Notes under the pieces: model-generated | Told to the model about the DNA's origin: nothing | The model's database searches: none | What the model saw: only the letters and a program-made list of their open reading frames with translations | Shown here: piece by piece, positions 6,699 through 15,572 of the stretch | Position numbering within the stretch: the first letter of the stretch is position 1 | Layout: each line of letters begins with the position of its first letter | Made by a program: the position numbers and the translations under genes | NCBI GenBank assembly: GCA_002476865.1 | Contig: DLNA01000003.1 | Location: 1 to 37,143, forward strand | Direction: 5' to 3' | DNA length: 37,143 bases | Source of the DNA: Patescibacteria group bacterium UBA7522 | Lineage (GTDB): Bacteria; Patescibacteriota; CPR2; UBA1875

Positions 6699-9380
6699 TT
6701 ATCTTCCGTGGCACTTTTTATATTTTTTACCGCTACCGCAAGGACAAGGGTCGTTCCGACCAACCTTATTAGAATTTCTAACTTCGATTTTTGAATTCTG
6801 ATTTTTTGCATCGCTTGATACCCGAAGAGAAGAAGCGTTTGTTCTGAGATTAGTTTTTGTCTCTGGTACTGAGCTGGGTGTTTCGACACTCGTTTTTAAT
6901 CCCTGATTGTCGGTGGCTGATCTTTGAATTGTAACTTTAAAATAGCTATTAACAATATCGGACTGTATTGCGCCAAGTAGTGTTTGAAACATTCTGTATG
7001 CCTCGTTTTTGTATTCTACTAAGGGATCTTTTTGACCATAGCCCCTTAAACCAATCCCCTCTCTTAAGTGAGTGAGTGCGTCTATGTGATTAATCCATAG
7101 CATGTCGATAGTTCTTAGATAGATTGCTTTTTCCAGGACCTTGCTAAGTTCTGTTCCCAGTGATTTTGTTTTTTCTTTGTATTTATTTTTAAAGTATTCA
7201 TAGATTATTTTTACAAGATCTTCTTTTCGGTGATTTTTCTTGATCTCTTCTTCGATTTTTTTATCTAGCTCCAGAATTCCACCAAGGATGGCCAAAATTT
7301 TTTCATTATCAATCTCTTCGGTTTTTTCCGAAAAATTTGAGTTTACTAGATTCTCGGCTTCTTCTCTGTAAAAACCTAGTATCTCCTCCGAAAGGTCTTC
7401 GTTATTCATTATCATTCTTCTTTTTGTGTAGATATATTCGCGTTGTTTGTTCATGACATCATCATATTCAACAAGATGTTTTCTGATATCAAAGTTCTGG
7501 GCCTCAACTCTTTTTTGGGCTTGTTCAAGAGATTTTGAGATAAGCGGATGCTGAATAGGTGTATCTTCGGGAAGTTTAAGCGTTTCCATCATGCCGCCAA
7601 TGCGCTCTGATCCAAAAATTCGCATAAGATCATCATCAAGAGAAACATAAAATTGAGTTGAGCCAGGATCTCCTTGGCGACCAGATCTTCCTCTGAGCTG
7701 ATTATCTATTCGGCGCGATTCGTGCCTTTCGGTTCCAATAACGTGGAGGCCACCTAGTTTTTTTACCTCATCAGAAAGAATAATGTCGGTTCCTCTTCCG
7801 GCCATATTTGTTGCAACGGTTACGGCACCTTTTTGTCCCGCCTTTTCAATTATTAGGGCCTCTTTTTCGTGATTTTTTGCATTCAAAAGTTCGTGTTTGA
7901 TCCCCCCTCTTTTTAAAAGATCTGATAATATTTCATTTTTTTCTATCGAAACGGTTCCCACCAGTACGGGTTGTCCTTTTTGGTTTTTCTGTTTTATCTC
8001 CTCCACAACAGCGAGAAACTTTGATTTTTCGTTTTTATAAATAACGTCCGAAAAATCTTTTCGAACTAGGGGATTATTTGTCGGGATCACGACTACATCA
8101 AGGTTATAAATTTTATGAAATTCCTCGGCTTCTGTTATGGCCGTTCCGGTCATACCCGAAAGTTTTGTATAAAGTCGAAAGTAGTTCTGAAAAGAGATGG
8201 TAGCCATAGTAATTGATTCTCTTTTGATCTCAACCCCTTCTTTTGCCTCGATCGCTTGATGTAGGCCCTCGGAATACCTTCTCCCCTGCATTAATCTTCC
8301 CGTAAATTCGTCTACGATTACTATCTCGTTATCCTTAACGACATAGTCCTTATCTTTTTTGAATAATGCATGGGCTTTTAGCGCCTGTTCGATGTGGTGA
8401 ACGTTTTCTATTCCAAAGTCCTCGTAAATATTCTCGACGCCTAAAATTCTTTCTATTTTTTCGATCCCCTCATCTGTTAGCGAAGACGATTTTGATTTTT
8501 CATCTATTAAAAAGTCATTGTCTTTTTTTAGATTTTTAACCATTTCGGCAAATTGATAGTATTTATCGGTTGCTTCTTCGGCAGGAGCCGAGATGATAAG
8601 CGGTGTCCTCGCTTCATCGATTAGAATTGAATCAACCTCGTCAACAATAGCAAAATGAAGTTCACGCTGAACCATCTGATCAGCCGATTGGGCCATATTG
8701 TCTCTTAAGTAATCAAATCCAAATTCGTTATTAGTCCCATAAGTTATGTCTGCCTCATAGGCCTCTTTTCTTGATATTGGTCGAAGCGGTTCAGTTCTTT
8801 CATCAAGTGACTCTTCTCGGTTATATTCTTTGTCATACAAAAAGGCAGCGTCATGAACAATGGTAGCCGTTTTGAGTCCCAAAAAATCATAAACTTGGCC
8901 CATCCAGCCACAATCTCTTTTTGCTAGGTAGTCATTGACGGTAACGATGTGAACACCAAGCCCAGTCAGAGCATTTAAAGCCCCTGTTAGTGTGGCGACT
9001 AGTGTTTTACCTTCGCCGGTTTTCATCTCAGCGATTTTGCCCTGATTTAGAGCGTAACCACCTATAAGCTGAACGTCGTAATGTCTTTGACTGATAGTTC
9101 TTCTTGCCGCTTCCCTGGTTAAGGCAAAAACCTCTGGAATATAAGGGCTTAAGATATCGAGAATAACTTTTCTTTTTGATTCTTTGTCTTTTATCCTCTG
9201 TGACTGTTTGTTTATTTGCTCTTTAACCTCCCTTGAGATTTCCTGATATCTTTTTTGAATTTTTGCATCGGAAAGCTTTTGAACTGTTTTTTCTTTAGCG
9301 TTTACCTCTGCTATAGTTGGTTCAATCTTCTTTATCTCTTTTTCGTTCGGATCTTTAAATATTCTACCTAAAATACCCAT
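6699..9380 (-). CDS. secA: Preprotein translocase ATPase SecA
   Basis: Full-length SecA, including the DEAD-like motor (MKTGEGKTL, DEVDSILIDEARTPLIIS) and the C-terminal zinc finger CPCGSGKKYKKCHG. The track starts at TTG 9395. I prefer ATG 9380 (GGGGG, 8 nt, ATG). Confidence 0.95.
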   Translation of the reverse strand: MGILGRIFKDPNEKEIKKIEPTIAEVNAKEKTVQKLSDAKIQKRYQEISREVKEQINKQSQRIKDKESKRKVILDILSPYIPEVFALTREAARRTISQRHYDVQLIGGYALNQGKIAEMKTGEGKTLVATLTGALNALTGLGVHIVTVNDYLAKRDCGWMGQVYDFLGLKTATIVHDAAFLYDKEYNREESLDERTEPLRPISRKEAYEADITYGTNNEFGFDYLRDNMAQSADQMVQRELHFAIVDEVDSILIDEARTPLIISAPAEEATDKYYQFAEMVKNLKKDNDFLIDEKSKSSSLTDEGIEKIERILGVENIYEDFGIENVHHIEQALKAHALFKKDKDYVVKDNEIVIVDEFTGRLMQGRRYSEGLHQAIEAKEGVEIKRESITMATISFQNYFRLYTKLSGMTGTAITEAEEFHKIYNLDVVVIPTNNPLVRKDFSDVIYKNEKSKFLAVVEEIKQKNQKGQPVLVGTVSIEKNEILSDLLKRGGIKHELLNAKNHEKEALIIEKAGQKGAVTVATNMAGRGTDIILSDEVKKLGGLHVIGTERHESRRIDNQLRGRSGRQGDPGSTQFYVSLDDDLMRIFGSERIGGMMETLKLPEDTPIQHPLISKSLEQAQKRVEAQNFDIRKHLVEYDDVMNKQREYIYTKRRMIMNNEDLSEEILGFYREEAENLVNSNFSEKTEEIDNEKILAILGGILELDKKIEEEIKKNHRKEDLVKIIYEYFKNKYKEKTKSLGTELSKVLEKAIYLRTIDMLWINHIDALTHLREGIGLRGYGQKDPLVEYKNEAYRMFQTLLGAIQSDIVNSYFKVTIQRSATDNQGLKTSVETPSSVPETKTNLRTNASSLRVSSDAKNQNSKIEVRNSNKVGRNDPCPCGSGKKYKKCHGR

Positions 9381-9400
9381 ATTAAAAACCCCCAAAAGAC

Positions 9401-9418
9401 AAACATTCTAGAATGTTT
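9401..9418. promoter_or_regulatory. Perfect 18-nt palindrome between hpf and secA (operator or attenuator-like hairpin)
   Basis: AAACATTCTAGAATGTTT lies immediately downstream of a TTGACT, 16 nt, TAAAAA promoter-like sequence on the minus strand. It is about 8 nt upstream of the secA Shine-Dalgarno. Confidence 0.3.
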
Positions 9419-9475
9419 TTATTCAAAAAAATCAAAGAGTCAAATTTATTACTTACTGATATCACTTTTGATTAC

Positions 9476-9829
9476 CTAATCCCTACCAATAAAGTTTCGT
9501 ATAATTCTTTGGAATTTATCTAGCTTTCCTCTGTTTTGTTTTGATTTAAGCTTTTCAACCTGAATCTTTAATTTTTGCTCAACATTATCAATGGCGGCAA
9601 ATTCATCCGGGCCACTTCCTTCTGCAAAAATATTTTTTCCGGGGACTTCGAGCTTAACCTTTGCCATATATGAATGCTTGTCCTTTTTTTCGGACTCATG
9701 ATTTTCGATTGCGATATCTGCCAACAGTATATTTTTATAAAAATCATCCAGCTTTCCGATTTTTTCTGCTGCATAATCCCTGATTTCATTATTAAGTTCA
9801 AAGTGGACTGCTCTAATATTAAGTTTCAT
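9476..9829 (-). CDS. hpf: Ribosome hibernation promoting factor (HPF/RaiA family, short form)
   Basis: 117 aa. MKLNIRAVHFELNNEIRDYAAEKIGKLDDFY...KVKLEVPGKNIFAEGSGPDEFAAIDNVEQKL matches the YfiA/HPF fold pattern. It lies upstream of secA, as in the Firmicutes-type hpf-secA-prfB arrangement. Confidence 0.85.
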   Translation of the reverse strand: MKLNIRAVHFELNNEIRDYAAEKIGKLDDFYKNILLADIAIENHESEKKDKHSYMAKVKLEVPGKNIFAEGSGPDEFAAIDNVEQKLKIQVEKLKSKQNRGKLDKFQRIIRNFIGRD

Positions 9830-10152
9830 TTTAGTTTTTCTCCCCTTTCAATTATTTTTTCAAGAAAATCTCTAATTGCTTGGGATTGGCCAGAAACGAT
9901 TGGGTCTTGCTTGGTATCAAAGTTTTCCGCAACCAAGCTATTTCCGGCAAGAAATCTCACAAGCTCTTCTTTTGGCGTATTCCGATAGTCCTCTTCTAAG
10001 ATTTTTAGTGCCTTTTTGTAGCTTTGTTCGTAGACCTCTTCGTAGGATTTTTCTGTTGAATCGTTTTTTCTTAGCTCTTTTTCGGCCAAAGAAAGAAAAT
10101 CTTTAAGTTCTTCTTCCCATCCTCTTTCGGAATGACTCTCTAATTCACTCAT
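9826..10152 (-). CDS. Hypothetical acidic protein (108 aa)
   Basis: ORF with ATGA overlaps at both ends (with the serS stop and the hpf start), which implies translational coupling. I recognise no domain. Confidence 0.5.
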   Translation of the reverse strand: MSELESHSERGWEEELKDFLSLAEKELRKNDSTEKSYEEVYEQSYKKALKILEEDYRNTPKEELVRFLAGNSLVAENFDTKQDPIVSGQSQAIRDFLEKIIERGEKLK

Positions 10153-11375
10153 GCTATCTCCTTAAATCCGGTGTATTTTTGAATTGCTTTTGGAATAACG
10201 ATTCTGCCATCTTCCTGCTGGTTGTTCTCTATAATTGCGATAATCATTCTACCGATTGCAACAGCGGTTCCGTTTAGGGTGTGTACGAAATATTTATTCC
10301 CTTCATCGTCTCTATATTTAATATTTAATCGTCTTGATTGAAAATCAACGCAGGTTGAGGTTGAGTGCGTCTCTCGATATTTTTCTTGAGATGGTATCCA
10401 TGTTTCAATGTCGTATTTTCTTGCAGCCGGGATTCCAAGATCTCCGGTTACCATTTTTGAAACTCTGTAGGGCAAATCTAGTCCGCTTACAATTCTTTCT
10501 TCTAGCTCAAGCAAAAAATTGTGCTCCCTATCACTATCCCCTGGCTTTACAAAGCTGAACATTTCGATTTTATCGAATTGATGCACCCTAAATATTCCCG
10601 CGGTGTCTTTGCCAGAGGAGCCCGCCTCGCGCCTAAAACAAGTAGAAAATGCACAGTATCTAATTGGAAGATCGCTTTCTGAGAATATTTCATCTTTATG
10701 CATGGGGCCAATTGATTGCTCTGAAGTTCCCACCAAAAACATATCGTCTTTCTCTAGGCGATATGTTTCATTTTCGCCACCGTGCTCTAAGTAACCCATG
10801 GCAGACATCGAGTCGCGATTTATTAAAACTGGCGGAAAAACAGGATTAAAGCCCTCTTTAATTAAAATATCAAAGGTGTAGTTTATGAGAGCAATCTCTA
10901 GTTGGGCAATCTTGCCCTTGAGATATGCAAATCTACTACCGGAAACCTTTGTGGCTCTATCTGTGTCAATATCTTTGGCGAGCTCTAGGTGTGATTTTGG
11001 TTTAAACTTAAAAACTCTGGGCTTGCCAACTTTTTTTATTATTTCGTTTTCTGATTCATCTTTGCCGATTTTAACATCATCTCTCGGAATAGCCGGTAGA
11101 GAGAGCATTATTTTCTTGAATTTAGCGTCTATCTCTTCATATTTTTTTTCAACGGACTGGAGCTCTTTCTTTGTTTTTTCGAGTTTTTTTAGCTCGCTTG
11201 GTGTTGGCTTTTTATCAATTTTAAGCTCGCTCCTAAGAGCATCTCTCTTTATTGATATGGCCACCCTCTCTTCATCGATCTTGAGGAGAGCATCAATATC
11301 AACATTATAATTTTTGGCTTTAGCCCCTGATTTGACAAGTTCGGGGTTCTCTTTTATGAATTTAATATCAAGCAT
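10149..11375 (-). CDS. serS: Seryl-tRNA synthetase
   Basis: 408 aa with an N-terminal coiled-coil arm (MLDIKFIKENPELV...) and a class II core (FRREAGSSGKDTAGIFRVHQFDKIEMF, GTAVAIGRMIIAIIENNQ). Confidence 0.93.
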   Translation of the reverse strand: MLDIKFIKENPELVKSGAKAKNYNVDIDALLKIDEERVAISIKRDALRSELKIDKKPTPSELKKLEKTKKELQSVEKKYEEIDAKFKKIMLSLPAIPRDDVKIGKDESENEIIKKVGKPRVFKFKPKSHLELAKDIDTDRATKVSGSRFAYLKGKIAQLEIALINYTFDILIKEGFNPVFPPVLINRDSMSAMGYLEHGGENETYRLEKDDMFLVGTSEQSIGPMHKDEIFSESDLPIRYCAFSTCFRREAGSSGKDTAGIFRVHQFDKIEMFSFVKPGDSDREHNFLLELEERIVSGLDLPYRVSKMVTGDLGIPAARKYDIETWIPSQEKYRETHSTSTCVDFQSRRLNIKYRDDEGNKYFVHTLNGTAVAIGRMIIAIIENNQQEDGRIVIPKAIQKYTGFKEIA

Positions 11376-11528
11376 CTTAAAGATTATAACGCCTCAGAAG
11401 TGAATTGTTAAGTTCAATATTATTTGTTTTTTAAAATCGCAAACACAAATAATTTGCTCTAAAAATAATTATCGTAGAGCTTTTAAGCTAACCAGCGCTT
11501 AATTTTCAATAATTTTATAAGAAGCTTT

Positions 11529-11564
11529 TAAAAAAACCAGCCGAAACAGTGTGGCTAGTTTTTA
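11529..11564. terminator. Rho-independent terminator (usable in both directions) in the lysK-serS spacer
   Basis: AACCAGCC (11535-11542) pairs with GGCTAGTT (11553-11560) with one mismatch. It is flanked by an A-run and a T-run. In the minus sense it reads ...GGCTGGTTTTTTT. Confidence 0.5.
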
Positions 11565-11576
11565 GATATTTTAACA

Positions 11577-11677
11577 AAGGGTTTTTGATGATTACAAAGG
11601 GGCGCTTTTAGAGCCCCTTTTGGACCCATCCCTGCTAAGGGATTGCCTCTGCACCTATCTTTCCAAAAATAACCCTT
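11577..11677. other. Compact three-stem structured element in the lysK-serS intergenic region
   Basis: A closing stem AAGGGTT (11577-11583) / AACCCTT (11671-11677) encloses two hairpins: AAAGGGGC-9nt-GCCCCTTT (11596-11620) and ATCCCT-GCTA-AGGGAT (11628-11643). It is locally GC-rich within an AT-rich spacer. Confidence 0.3.
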
Positions 11678-11719
11678 AAAATATACGGCATTATAACTAA
11701 AAAAATCAATTAAAATTAG

Positions 11720-13261
11720 TTACTTTAAGTCAAGACGATTTAAAACAAAATCATAATCGAGTGAGGCCAAGAGAAATCCTGCCTGAGGTCCAGAGTCCTT
11801 GCCAATAAATATTAAATAAATTGTGCTAAAAATTTCTTTCGGTTGAACACTGAGCTTGTCCTTTATATTAAAAATTTCTTGCTGAAGGTTTTCGCCAGAC
11901 CACTCTTTTTTTGAAGAAAATATATTTTTAAGTTCGGCTATGATTTTTTTTTGGGTTTCCGACAGCTCGATCTCTGGTAGGGTCTTTTTGACGCTAAATT
12001 TAAAAGATTCTGGTGCAAATTTTTCAAGCCAAATGTTTGCATATTTAATTCTTTTTTTTAGGTCTTCTAGCTCAACTTCTGTCAGCTTGCTGCCCTTTTC
12101 TTCTTCGGCCATTTTGTTTATATCTACGTTTGGAATCTGAATTGCGTGGGCAACTTTTGTAAACTTCATTCTGTAGCCGTTATTAAAATTATCGCTTATT
12201 TGTGAGAGTTCATAAATTTTGGCAAGGTCCGGAAAATCAATCTCTCCTAAATATGCCTTATGAGCTCGGTCGTATTCATCATAAATACTAGCGATTGCCA
12301 TACCATCCAGATCTAGATCAATAACTCGATTTATATTTCGAATCATTATAAAACGAATCAATTCAGGTGGGAGTGAGTTATATACTTCTTCTGCCGAAAT
12401 ACCGACGCCTTTTGATTTACTCATCTTTTTCCCCTTAAAGATAATGTGTTCGTAGGGAAGATCATATGGAGGATTAACTTTAAAAATTTTTTCACAAAGT
12501 TTATTGGCCAAATCTCTGGAGCCACCTGCGCTTGAATGGTCCTTGCCTTCGCCCTCAACATTTATACCAAGAGCCGCAAATTTAGCAGGCCACTCAACTT
12601 TCCAGGGGAGTTTACCTGTACCGCCAAAAGGGGAGACCTTTCCGTTGTGGCCGCAGCCCTTTGCCCAATCGACCATACTTTCTTCGCAAACATAACTCAC
12701 TTCTTCTCCATCCCAGTTATAGGCGCGAGTAGTTCCGATTTTTCCGCATTTTTCACATATTGGCTGAAATGGTATCCAGTCACTTGGCTTTTCGCTGCCG
12801 GCGACTTCTTTATAGATTTTTCTTATCTGTTCTGAGCTATCCAGCGCCCTTTTTATGATCTTATCGTATGTGCCCTTTTTATATTCTTCGGAATCTTTAA
12901 TTTGGATAAAGCTACATCCCAACCCAGTCATCATTTTATAAAGACCGGAGATAAAATAGTCCCCTAAATTACCCTTTCCTTCTGGTGCCGGAATCGTAAA
13001 AAAGGGTTTACCCATATAAACTGAGTAAATTTTATCGTCAAGATAACCAGGCATGCCATCCATTGGGTCAAAATCGTTTGAAAAGAAAGTGTACTTAACT
13101 CGATGCCCCTCTTTTTCAAGAGCTTTTGCGGCGACATCATGAATAATAGCGCCCCTAAAAGTGCCGACATGAGGAACACCTGAAGGGGTTGCCATATCAT
13201 CAACCCAAATTTCGCCCTTATGATTTTTAAAATTTTCGGTTAGTGCGTCTATCCAAAGCAT
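11720..13261 (-). CDS. lysK: Lysyl-tRNA synthetase, class I (archaeal-type LysK)
   Basis: 513 aa. Supporting motifs are PSGVPHVGTFRG (HIGH-like), the zinc-knuckle region PICEKCGK, GKLPWKVEWPAKF, GKDHSSAGGSRD and KMSKSKG. The architecture matches class I LysRS as I recall it from methanogen LysK. Confidence 0.9.
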   Translation of the reverse strand: MLWIDALTENFKNHKGEIWVDDMATPSGVPHVGTFRGAIIHDVAAKALEKEGHRVKYTFFSNDFDPMDGMPGYLDDKIYSVYMGKPFFTIPAPEGKGNLGDYFISGLYKMMTGLGCSFIQIKDSEEYKKGTYDKIIKRALDSSEQIRKIYKEVAGSEKPSDWIPFQPICEKCGKIGTTRAYNWDGEEVSYVCEESMVDWAKGCGHNGKVSPFGGTGKLPWKVEWPAKFAALGINVEGEGKDHSSAGGSRDLANKLCEKIFKVNPPYDLPYEHIIFKGKKMSKSKGVGISAEEVYNSLPPELIRFIMIRNINRVIDLDLDGMAIASIYDEYDRAHKAYLGEIDFPDLAKIYELSQISDNFNNGYRMKFTKVAHAIQIPNVDINKMAEEEKGSKLTEVELEDLKKRIKYANIWLEKFAPESFKFSVKKTLPEIELSETQKKIIAELKNIFSSKKEWSGENLQQEIFNIKDKLSVQPKEIFSTIYLIFIGKDSGPQAGFLLASLDYDFVLNRLDLK

Positions 13262-13304
13262 GTCATGATTATATAAAATATTTCTAGATTAATAAAGGAA
13301 TTGA

Positions 13305-13335
13305 AAAAATCGACTTATTTTAATCGCCGATTTTT
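13305..13335. terminator. Hairpin with U-tract downstream of greA
   Basis: AAAAATCG (13305-13312) pairs with CGATTTTT (13328-13335) around a 15-nt loop. In the minus sense it is followed by TTTTTTC. Confidence 0.45.
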
Positions 13336-13347
13336 TCAAATGATTTC

Positions 13348-13812
13348 TTAGTTGATTTTTTTAATTTTATATTTGGTAACTCCCGCCGGAACAGAGACCT
13401 CAACTTCGTCACCTTCCTTTTTCCCTAAAAGTGCTTTTCCGATAGGAGATTCGTTAGAGATTAAACCCTTCTCTGGATTGGCTTCGACCGATCCAACGAT
13501 TTTATATTTTAAGTCGGTTGCACTCGTTGAAAGATGTACGGTGCATCCTAGATTGACCGCCTCACATCCGTTGTGGCTGTCCTCGATAATCTCAGCGCTC
13601 TTGATAATATGCTCAAGCTCTATAATCCTGCCCTCAACAAAAGATTGCTGCTCCTTGGCGTCTGAATACTCTGAGTTCTCCGAAAGGTCACCGTGTTCTT
13701 TGGCAATTTTAATTCTTTCAGAAATCGCTTTTCTCTCCTTAGTTAGGAGACGCTCAAGCTCTGATTTTAGGTTTTCGTAACCCTCTTTTGTAAGATATGT
13801 CTTCTCGTTCAT
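13348..13812 (-). CDS. greA: Transcription elongation factor GreA
   Basis: 154 aa. YLTKEGYENLKSELERL...AKEHGDLSENSEYSDAKEQQSFVEGRIIELE is the canonical GreA coiled-coil region, followed by the C-terminal FKBP-like domain. Confidence 0.92.
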   Translation of the reverse strand: MNEKTYLTKEGYENLKSELERLLTKERKAISERIKIAKEHGDLSENSEYSDAKEQQSFVEGRIIELEHIIKSAEIIEDSHNGCEAVNLGCTVHLSTSATDLKYKIVGSVEANPEKGLISNESPIGKALLGKKEGDEVEVSVPAGVTKYKIKKIN

Positions 13813-13849
13813 TGTTTTTTCCTCTTAACTGCAATCTTTAATAAAAAAC

Positions 13850-13878
13850 ATTTTAACTTTTAAAACGTTTTGTGTCAA
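13850..13878 (-). promoter_or_regulatory. Sigma70 promoter for greA
   Basis: The minus strand reads TTGACA (13878-13873), a 17-nt spacer, then TAAAAT (13855-13850). This is followed by an AAGAGGA Shine-Dalgarno and ATG 13812. Confidence 0.55.
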
Positions 13879-13883
13879 TTAAA

Positions 13884-15236
13884 TTATTCTTTTAGTTTTT
13901 TTCTAATAAACTCTGCTAGATCTTTAACATCAACCAATTCTTGCTTCATAGTGTCTCGATCTCTGACGGTTACCGTGTTTTTTTTCGGTGTGTCAAAATC
14001 GATCGTAACGCAAAGCGGAGTACCGATCTCGTCTTGTCTACGATAACGCTTACCTATATTACCGTTATCATCAAATTCTGAAACGTATTCTTCTTTTATC
14101 TTGTCGTAGATATCTTTAGCTATTTTTACTAATTCGGGTTTATTCTTTAAGAGCGGGAAAACAGCAACCTTAACCGGAGCCAGCTTGCGTGGTATTTTTA
14201 ACACGACTCTTTTTTCTCCCGAAACATCCTCTTCGGTATATGCAGAACAGATGGTGGCTAAAAAGGCCCTATCAAGTCCGAATGTTGGTTCAAGAACGTG
14301 CGGAATGTATTTTTCACCGGTTTGGGTGTCTGTGAAGGAAAGATCTTTGCCTGAACTTTCTTGATGGGTTTTAAGGTCAAAATCAGAACGATGCGCCAAA
14401 CCAAAAAGTTCAGTAAATTTAAACGGAAAATTATACTCAATATCGATTGTCTTTTTTGAATAATGAGAAAGTTTTTCCTTGGGATGCTCGAATCTTCTTA
14501 GGTCCTTCTTTTTAATCCCTAGCTTCATGGCAAATTCCTCTTGTTTTCTTAGCCATTCCTCAAAAAGCGGTTCCCATTTTGTCTTCGGATGAATAAAATA
14601 CTCAATCTCCATTTGCTCAAACTCACGTACTCTAAAAATAAAATTTCTGGCAATAATTTCATTTCTAAAGGCCTTGCCTATTTGTGCGATTCCAAACGGA
14701 ATCTTTACCCTCATAGAGTCAATGATTGACTTATAATCAGCAAAAATCGCTCCTGCTGTTTCCGGTCTTAAGTAGACATCTCCGTCAAAACTGTTCATTT
14801 CAGTTCTGAACATTGCATTTATGAATCTAACCTCAGTCCAGTCGTTTTTTCCACAAACAGGACATTTTATGCTTTCTTTTTTTATTACTTCATTCATTTT
14901 CTTAACATCACCCTCAAAATCTTTACCGATTGACTCTTCGATCAAGTGATCGGCTCGAAATCTGTTTTTACAGTTTTTGCAATCTACAAGGGCGTCATTA
15001 AAGCCACTCGTATGCCCTGAGGCCTCCCAGACCCTTGGATTTAAAAGTATCGGTCCGTCAAAGCCAATCATATCGTCCCTTTTCGAAACAAACATATTCC
15101 ACCAGAGTGATTTAATATTGTTTTTTAACTCTGTTCCATACGGTCCATATGAATACGCATTTGCGAAGCCGCCATAAATCTCACAGGTTTGATAGACAAA
15201 CCCGCGTCTTTTGCATAAAGATACAATTTTTTCCAT
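13884..15236 (-). CDS. glyQS: Glycyl-tRNA synthetase (alpha2 homodimeric type)
   Basis: MEKIVSLCKRRGFVYQTCEIYGGFANAYSYGPYGTELKNNIK is the typical GlyQS N-terminus, and class II motifs follow. The track starts at TTG 15260, inside the upstream ORF. I prefer ATG 15236. Confidence 0.9.
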   Translation of the reverse strand: MEKIVSLCKRRGFVYQTCEIYGGFANAYSYGPYGTELKNNIKSLWWNMFVSKRDDMIGFDGPILLNPRVWEASGHTSGFNDALVDCKNCKNRFRADHLIEESIGKDFEGDVKKMNEVIKKESIKCPVCGKNDWTEVRFINAMFRTEMNSFDGDVYLRPETAGAIFADYKSIIDSMRVKIPFGIAQIGKAFRNEIIARNFIFRVREFEQMEIEYFIHPKTKWEPLFEEWLRKQEEFAMKLGIKKKDLRRFEHPKEKLSHYSKKTIDIEYNFPFKFTELFGLAHRSDFDLKTHQESSGKDLSFTDTQTGEKYIPHVLEPTFGLDRAFLATICSAYTEEDVSGEKRVVLKIPRKLAPVKVAVFPLLKNKPELVKIAKDIYDKIKEEYVSEFDDNGNIGKRYRRQDEIGTPLCVTIDFDTPKKNTVTVRDRDTMKQELVDVKDLAEFIRKKLKE

Positions 15237-15243
15237 TTGATTG

Positions 15244-15564
15244 TCAGTTTTGTTTTCCAAAATCTAGAACTTCCTCTCTTTGGTATTCTTCGTATTCTTC
15301 GCGTGTAATTTTACCAAGTTCAAATAAATAATCCAAGTCCAATAAAAACCTTTGATGATTTTCCTTAAATAAATTAGAGTTTTCTTCTTTTATAATCGAA
15401 AGCGTCTGTATCTGCTCCCTTAACCATTCTCCTAAATCTTCTTCCGACATTGATTCACCTTCTGTTCTGCCAAAATAAACACACTCAGGGGCTTCTTCGC
15501 CAAGATCCCGATAATCGTTTGCGTCCCAAGAGAGTGCTGCTTTTTTATTTAGATTTTTTTTCAT
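15244..15564 (-). CDS. Hypothetical acidic protein (106 aa)
   Basis: ORF packed tightly between recO and glyQS. I recognise no domain. Confidence 0.5.
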   Translation of the reverse strand: MKKNLNKKAALSWDANDYRDLGEEAPECVYFGRTEGESMSEEDLGEWLREQIQTLSIIKEENSNLFKENHQRFLLDLDYLFELGKITREEYEEYQREEVLDFGKQN

Positions 15565-15572
15565 ATAAATAA

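Noticed and set aside
10149-10152. Alternative genetic code (UGA recoded, as in some CPR lineages)
   Set aside because: RF2 is encoded in the window. serS ends with TGA in an ATGA overlap, and all conserved proteins translate full-length under the standard code.
11376-11719. T-box riboswitch upstream of serS
   Set aside because: A T-box is expected for Gram-positive-like aaRS genes. I found no T-box sequence (GGUGGUACCGCG-like) and no specifier-loop architecture.
13352-13780. Long antisense ORFs from the track. Examples: 13352-13780, 10885-11310, 689-973, 9674-9988, 22583-22891, 29805-30113, 34599-34898
   Set aside because: Each lies entirely within, and opposite to, a confidently identified minus-strand gene. 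They have low-complexity S/L/F-rich translations and no ribosome-binding sites, so they are shadow ORFs.
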